DNA of 64,000 nt, taken from positions 59,004 to 123,003 of the forward strand of contig UQUT01000001.1 of the NCBI GenBank assembly GCA_900544285.1. Direction: 5' to 3'. The notes beneath the pieces were generated by a model. That model was not told the origin of the DNA, did no database searches, and saw nothing but the letters and a program-made list of their open reading frames with translations. This DNA comes from an uncultured Eubacterium sp. GTDB lineage: Bacteria; Bacillota; Clostridia; Oscillospirales; CAG-272. A program made the position numbers and the translations under genes. Of this stretch, positions 54,011-61,400 are shown in pieces (the first letter of the stretch is position 1; each line of letters starts with the position of its first letter).

Positions 54011-55426
54011 TTATCGCTCATAAGACGGATCTTTGTGTTTTGTATTCGTGCGGGACGGTATCGAGAGCAGCTCTCTTGTGCGTTCTCCAAGCTGCTTTTC
54101 AATCGCCGCAAGCCTTTCTTCGGGCAGATTGAGCGAAGGGTGGCGGTGGAACCGGAAGCCCACCATCTTGCGAAGCTGCGCCTTCTGCCTTGCGCCCATC
54201 ACCTCTTTGCAGACCTCCTCATAGGAAATCCGGTAAGGGTTGGAACGGGTTTTAGCGTATTCTTTCAGCCCTTTGAAATCATCGGGCATAGCGAAATTGA
54301 ACAGCGACAATCCGTTGTCGAAAATGGGGGCGGGGGCGATAATCTCCCCGGTGTGGTTATCCCGGAGAACGCCGAAGTTCCCGAAATGTCTGTCCTCATT
54401 ATAGATGAGGGCGTCGAAAACAAGCATACTGCAAAGCTGCTCATAGAAATCATCACCCAAAGTTTTGTAGTAATCCAAACAGCTTTTCAGCGTGATTTTT
54501 TTCAGGATACGGCCAATGGGAACAAAGGAAACATTGATGTCCGTAAAGAGTTTACACTTGGAGGCGAGGATACCTTTCCAATTCTCCAAATCATATTCGA
54601 CGTAATTTAAGCCCATTGTTTTTGCAACCTGACAGGCATAGTATTCGCTGTAAGGCTCGTTTCCGGTATTTGCCGCACCCTCCGTTCCGCCTTTATACAA
54701 ATAAATACTGTCGCCCTCAACAAACCGCCAAGCCTTCCTCAGCATACCGTTTGTAGTCAGCTCGGGAGAGGTCGAAAAGGCTTCGTTGCTTCCACCGATT
54801 CCTGTATAGGCGACCAAAGACAGCGCTTCGGAAAAGCGGTTTTCATATAGGTTATACTCGGCAAATTTACCCGCAAAATCGGCGGGTACTACCCAATAGC
54901 TGTCGTTGAGCGACAGCCCCATACATACGTCGATAATCCCTTTGGTATTGTTCACGCTGAGTCCCAATGTTTTCAAGATTTCATCGACGAACTGACGGTT
55001 TTTGGGGATTACCCGTTTTTCAAGCCACTTCACAATTCCCTCATCGGTCAGTTCCAAATCAAGGGGAAACAAGTGATTGTTTTCGGTATCCGCAGATAGA
55101 ATATTCGCCTGTAAGCCCTCCAATCCCCGTTCTTCGAGGGAGAAGGTAATCAAATCTTCGTCATAAAGGCGAAGGGAATAAATGTTGGTCATTGTCTGAT
55201 TCCTTTCTTCCAATAGGATATTCAAATCCTTGCCGAGCGCTTCGGCAATCCGTATCATCATATCGAGGGAGAGATTCTGAGCGCCGCTTTCTATGCGGCA
55301 GATGTTGGATCTCTGCGTCCCAATCAGGCGTGCAAGTTGCGCCTGCGACAGCCCTTTTTCAAGCCGTGCCTGCGTCAATTTTTGAATTACACTCTGCCGG
55401 GAAGCCAATAAATCTTTCTCCGTCAC
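54011..55426 (-). CDS. HipA-like Ser/Thr kinase with a fused N-terminal XRE HTH (YjjJ/HipH-like architecture)
   Basis: The N-terminus reads LSQAQLARLIGTQRSNICRIESG. The catalytic core reads VFDALIYNEDRHFGNFGVL, a HipA D-x-H-x-x-N loop. Confidence 0.65.
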   Translation of the reverse strand: MTEKDLLASRQSVIQKLTQARLEKGLSQAQLARLIGTQRSNICRIESGAQNLSLDMMIRIAEALGKDLNILLEERNQTMTNIYSLRLYDEDLITFSLEERGLEGLQANILSADTENNHLFPLDLELTDEGIVKWLEKRVIPKNRQFVDEILKTLGLSVNNTKGIIDVCMGLSLNDSYWVVPADFAGKFAEYNLYENRFSEALSLVAYTGIGGSNEAFSTSPELTTNGMLRKAWRFVEGDSIYLYKGGTEGAANTGNEPYSEYYACQVAKTMGLNYVEYDLENWKGILASKCKLFTDINVSFVPIGRILKKITLKSCLDYYKTLGDDFYEQLCSMLVFDALIYNEDRHFGNFGVLRDNHTGEIIAPAPIFDNGLSLFNFAMPDDFKGLKEYAKTRSNPYRISYEEVCKEVMGARQKAQLRKMVGFRFHRHPSLNLPEERLAAIEKQLGERTRELLSIPSRTNTKHKDPSYER

Positions 55427-55495
55427 AGAACCCCTCCCCTCGATTATTTTTCAGTATATATGTTATCATATATGATAACACTTGTCAAGAGGGGG

Positions 55496-58400
55496 TTATC
55501 GCTCGTAGGCTTTTTCCCTGCGTTCCGGCGCTTCGTCGCCCTCGTCAAGTTCGCCGTCTACAAGCTCATTCCCACGCTTGTCTACATTGAGCAATCCGTT
55601 TAATACATTCAAACGCTCTGTTTTTTCGGTCAGTTCCGGCTCCTTATCAAAGGGTTTTTCAACCTCTATTTTTGCGGTAGCAAGCTGCTTTTCGGTGGTT
55701 TCAAGTTCCTGCTTTTCCATTTCCAACAATTCGGGGATTTTTTCAATAACATTGTCGATTCGGGTGATATTGCCGATGGCGTCTGTACCCAAAGACACGC
55801 TGCGGGATACGCTGCCCTTGATTTTCACCTGATACACTTTCTGGAAAGGTTCAAACGAGAGTTCCAAATCAAACCCCCTGTACCTGCCGAGAGAAACCGG
55901 ATCAGGCGAAGTCATTTCACCGCACGAGTCTATGATTTTCTTTCCCGCTTCCGCCTTTTCAGAATAAGAAACACCCTTTACCTCCATACCGACAAAGCGG
56001 TCATCGGTAGGTTTCGGGTGTTCGCTTGCCCTGCGAATATCGCTCTCCAGACCGGAAATCATTTCCTTCGCCCGAGCAATCTGCTTCGGGTAATATTTGA
56101 TGATTTTATCCTCCAAAGCGTATTTTTCAGTCAGATAGTTGGATTTTAAGAGCCTGAGCTTCTGCACCTGAATATCCAAATCCATCTTTTCTTTGATATA
56201 TGGGTTTCCGGTTGAAAGCATTTTCAGCTCTGCATAGGAGAGCGCCGTTTCGTCTATATCCTCGCAAGACCGGACGGGGGATTTACCCGTCATAATCTGC
56301 GAAGCAAATTTCTGCTTGCCCTCTACAAGCTGCCAACAATATGCGTCAAAGGTTTCCTCCGTCACATATCGGTAAAGGCCAACTTTTGAGTTTTCGTTGC
56401 CCTGCCGCACCGTTCTGCCTGCCCGCTGTTCCAGATCCGAAGGCCGCCACGGGCAGTCAAGATCGTGGGAAGCAATCAGCTTATTTTGAACATTGGTGCC
56501 TGCGCCCATCTTCTGCGTGGAACCGAGAAGGATTCGCACTTCGCCCCGGCGAACCTTTTTGAATAGTTCCTGTTTCTTCACTTCGGTATCTGCCTCGTGA
56601 ATAAACTTGATTTCTGATTCGGGGATACCACGCCCGATGAGCTTTTTGCGAATATCCGTGTAGACCGAAAATTCACTTTCACCCTTTGGGGTGGAAAGGT
56701 CGCAAAAGAGAAGCTGCGTAGATTTTTTATCAGCAGTTTCTTCCCAAATGTGGTAGACCTCCTGCACACAGGCATTGACTTTGCTGCCCTCTTCATCGGG
56801 CAGTAAGGGGTTCATCATTCTCTGATCGAGGGCAAGCTTTCTGCCGTCGTTGGTCACTTTGAGCATATTGTCAACGCTTGCATTTACCCCGCCGTCCCGT
56901 ATTTTTTCAGCCCGTTCCGCAAGGGAGGCAACCATATCCTTTTGAATTTGAGAGGGCTTGACGGCGATGTTGTGGTATTCCACTTCCGGCACGGGCAAAT
57001 GAAGCATATCCGCCGTTTGAATGTCCGCAACCTCTTTGAACATTGCCATCAGCTCGGGGAGATTGTTAAATCTTGCAAAGCGTGTCTTTGCCCGGTATCC
57101 TGTTCCTTCAGGGGTTAATTCCACGGCTGTAACGGTTTCACCGAAGCTGGAAGCCCACGAATCAAAATGCTGTAAATCGTGTTCTTGCAGGGTTCGATAC
57201 TGCAAATAGCGCTGAATGGTATAGAGTTCTACCATACTGTTTGAAATCGGCGTACCTGTCGCAAAGACTGTGCCACGTCCTCCGGTGATCTCGTCCAAGT
57301 AGCGGCACTTCATAAATAAGTCGCTCGATTTTTGTGCCTCCGTCTGAGCAATACCGCCCACATTTCTCATTTTCGTATAGAGAAACAGGTTCTTGTAATA
57401 GTGGCTCTCGTCGATGAAAATACGGTCAACGCCGAGTTCTTCAAAGGTAACTACATCATCCTTTCTCGATTGGTCGTTTAGTTTTTCCAGTTTTACGGTA
57501 AGGGATTTCTTGGTCTTTTCAAGCTGTTTGACCGAGAACCTGCTGCCCTTATTCCGCTTTATATCCGTAATCCCGGCGACAATATCGTCAAGCTGCTGCT
57601 GTAAAACGGCTCTTTGCCGTTCTATGCTCATCGGGATTTTTTCAAATTGGCTGTGTCCGATGATAATTGCGTCGTAGTCGCCCGTGGCGATTCTGCCGCA
57701 AAACCGTTTGCGGTTTTTCATCTCAAAATCTTTTTTCGTTGCTACTAAAATATTGGCGGCAGGATAGAGCTGCAAGAACTCCGCCGCCCATTGTTCGGTC
57801 AGGTGGTTGGGTACGACAAAAAGGGATTTGCTGCAAAGCCCCAACCGTTTGGATTCCATAGCGGCGGCGGTCATTTCAAAGGTTTTGCCTGCGCCAACGG
57901 CGTGTGCCAAAAGGGTATTACCGCCGTAAAGGATATGGGCAACCGCATTTTTCTGATGTTCCCTGAGTGTGATTTCGGGGTTCATTCCGGTAAAAGCAAT
58001 ATGGCTTCCGTCATACTCACGGGGACGGATGGAATTGAATTTGTCGTTGTAGAGCCGCACAAGCTTTTCCCGCCTTGTGGGATCACGCCATATCCAATCC
58101 TGAAAGCCCTGCTTGATGAGTTCCTGCTTCGATTGAGCGATAGCCGTTTCTTTTTTATTGAGAACCGCTTTCTTTTTGCCCTCATCGTCCTCGATATAAT
58201 CGAAAACACGGACGTCCTTCATATTCAGCGTTTCTTCAATGATTTTGTAGGCGTTGACTCGCTGTGTTCCATAGGTGTTGTAGGCTTTCAGGTTGCTTCG
58301 GTCGGAAGATTTTCCTTCGACATTCCATTCACCCGTCAGCTTGGAGTAGTGAACCTTGATGTTCCACCTTGCATAAACAGGGGTATCCAAAAACTCGTAG

Positions 58401-61400
58401 ATGAATTTCTGCACGATTTCTTCGGGCAGCCAAGTTGTGCCGAGCTGCACGAAAATCTCACTTGCGGTCAAGTCCCTCGGCTGTACTTTTTCAAGCGCCT
58501 CCACATTGACCGTGTAATCTTCGGGGTAGACTTCGGCGGATTTTCTCGCCCACGCAAGTTTCTGGCGCACATTCCCGGAGAGGTACTCGTCCGCCATCAG
58601 GTACTTTTGCTCGTCGCTGTCTCCATAGCCATACATTGGATTTAAGAAGATAACGCCTTTCAAGTCCTGATAGATTTCCTGTTCGGTTTTGCCGGAGAGC
58701 GAACACATATATTCCATATCTACAAAGGCTTTTTCCGCCATAGACACGGCGAGCGCTTCGCTTGCGGTATCCACCGAAGTTATGGGAATGTGCGGTTTGA
58801 TCGTCCGCTTGGTAAAAATATCTGCCTTGCGTTCCAACTCTCCATCGTCGCCCAATATCTCGAGCGCCGAGAGCAAAGAGAACGAACCGTCCTGCGAAAA
58901 GGCAGAAACATTGGCTCGGCTGTTTATCAGCCCGTACTTTTTAGAAAAGGTATCATACAGGGTGTTGAGCTTCTGCTGTTCGGCTGTAATCTCCCCATCG
59001 GGGAAATCCAAAGTCTGAATTTCAATCAGGTTTCTCACACAATCCCGAATGGCAATCATACCCTTAATTCGATTTTCAGCCGTGGCGGAACATTCGACGG
59101 GAGTCATCCGGGAATTTTCACGGTAATAGATTTTATCGTCTACCACCGTGTAAGAAAAGTTGCGTACATTGGGATCTGCGGGAATGGAGGTATCTTCTTC
59201 CTCCAATTCTTCGTCTGCTTCGTACTCGGTTATCTCGGCGTGGATACCGGAAATCGCTTCTTCAAGCTGTTCTGCAAGGCCGGTATTCTCATAGGGTACG
59301 ACGGTATTTTCCTCGCCAAATCTGCCCGATACGGTTTTCCATTCGCCAAGCACCATTTCAGGGTGGTCTACAAAATAGGAGTTCATCTTCACACCGTTTT
59401 CATCGGTATTCAGATGTACCCACTCCGGCTCAATATCGATGAGCCTGTCCCTTTTTTGGAGAATGAGAATATCCGAAACAACCTCTGTTCCGGCGTTCCC
59501 CTTAAAGGTGTTGTTGGGCAAGCGAACCGCACCAAGCAGGTCAGCTCGCTGTGCAATATATTTTCGGATTGCGGGGTTTTCCTTATCCATTGTCCCCTTG
59601 CTCGTGATGAGCGCCATCACGCCGCCCGGCCTTAATTTGTCTAAGGATTTCGCAAAAAAGTAGTCGTGGATCAAAAAGTTGTGTTTGTTGTACCGCTTGT
59701 CGTTGATCCGAATATCTCCAAACGGCACGTTGCCGATTACAGCGTCGAAGAAGCTGTCGGGGATATTTGCTTCTTCAAAGGGCTGTGCCGCAATCGAGGT
59801 TTTCTGATAAAGCTGCTGAGCGATACCCGCCGAAATCTTGTCGATTTCCACGCCGTACATCTTAGCGTTTTGTATTGACTGCGGCAGCATACCGATAAAG
59901 TTGCCGATCCCGCAGGAAGGTTCTAAGATATTGCCCTCCCGAAAGCCCATCTGCTCCATCGCTTTGTAGATTGCGGAAATGACAACGGGCGGGGTGTAGA
60001 AAGCGGTCAGAACGCTGCCTTTGGCGCTTTCGTACTCGTCGGGGGATAGTGCCTGATACAGTTCGATAAACTCGTCCGCCCAAGAGGAATTGTTTTCATC
60101 AAAGGCTTCTGGAATACCGCCCCACCCTACATACTGCGATAGGATTTCCTGTTCTTCGGGGGTGGCGAAGCGGTTTTCAAACTCACACTCGTTCAGCACA
60201 TTGATTGCCGCCATATTTCTGCGGAACCGTTCTTTTTTCCCTGCTTCGGGTATTTCGTGGGAGGCAAGGTCAAAGGTGTGCCGCTCAGACATCGGGATTT
60301 CAGGGTGCAAATCAAAGGTCTGCACCCGTGAGCGTTTCGGCTGAGTAAAGGCCGGGGCAAGGGGTTTTTCTTCCGGTTGTTCAGGTGCGGGTGCTTCCTG
60401 TTTTGCCCGTTCCACATAGAGCCATTCGGCAGATTCCTTTTCTGAAACCTCTTTTTTCACCTGTTCCAGATAATCGTTTGCCTGCCATTCGCTCGTAAAT
60501 TCTTCGCTGACGCCCTCATCATCAACATAGATTTCTTCCCGTATATCGTCCCATACGGCATAGCCCTCATCAGTTTCGATGACGAAAAACCGTTCATAGG
60601 ATTCCACCGCACTTTCTGCGGCGATTTCCTCCGCCTGCCTGAGCATTTCATCTGCCCTGTCCTTTGCAAGATAGGGCGAATCAATGATTTCTATGCCCTG
60701 CGGCGGCGGATCAAGCTCGCCTATAAAATCCTGCGGTATGGTGTTCCCGTCTTTGTCTTTATACAGAACGAGGGTGAAGGGAACGCCGTAAAAATTCTCC
60801 TCCTTAACATCTTTTTCAAGCTGATATGGGCTTGTGTACTCAATGCTCTCCCGCACCGAACCGTCGGTGTGGAGATAGTCGATCCTGCCGATTGGCTGCG
60901 ACTGTACCGGATCTTCCTTATTGGTCGAGACGATATTTCGGGTAATGCGCTCTCCGTTTTCCAAAGAGCAGACCGCCACATCAAAGCCCCGGTCGAGCAG
61001 CATATTGGTATAGGTTTGCAGGCTGTGGGCAGGCAGGCCGCACATCGGCACACGATGTTCCTCACCGAAACGGCGGGTAGTCAGGGTAAGGCCGAGTGCT
61101 TCCGATACTTGATTGGCGTCCTCCTCAAACGCTTCATAGAAATTGCCAAGCTGAAACAGAACAATGCTGCCGGGGTTTTCGCCCTTTGCGTCAAGGTAAT
61201 CCTGCCAGATAGCAGTAACGGCGCTGTCCTCCTGCGAAATGGCAGAAGGGATATGGCCATTCTTTTCCTGCTCGGCGGCCCGTTCAATCCGGGCAATCAC
61301 ATCTTCGGGCAGATTCTCCACATAGTAGTGAATTTCCCCTTCGGGGCTGATATGGGCGATATTCTGATAATCGCCGTTTACTTCAACGGCTCGGTTCCAA

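Noticed and set aside
57791-59635. Two plus-strand ORFs of ~280 aa each (57791-58645 and 58790-59635), and several smaller ones
   Set aside because: They are antisense shadows inside the giant SNF2-MTase gene.
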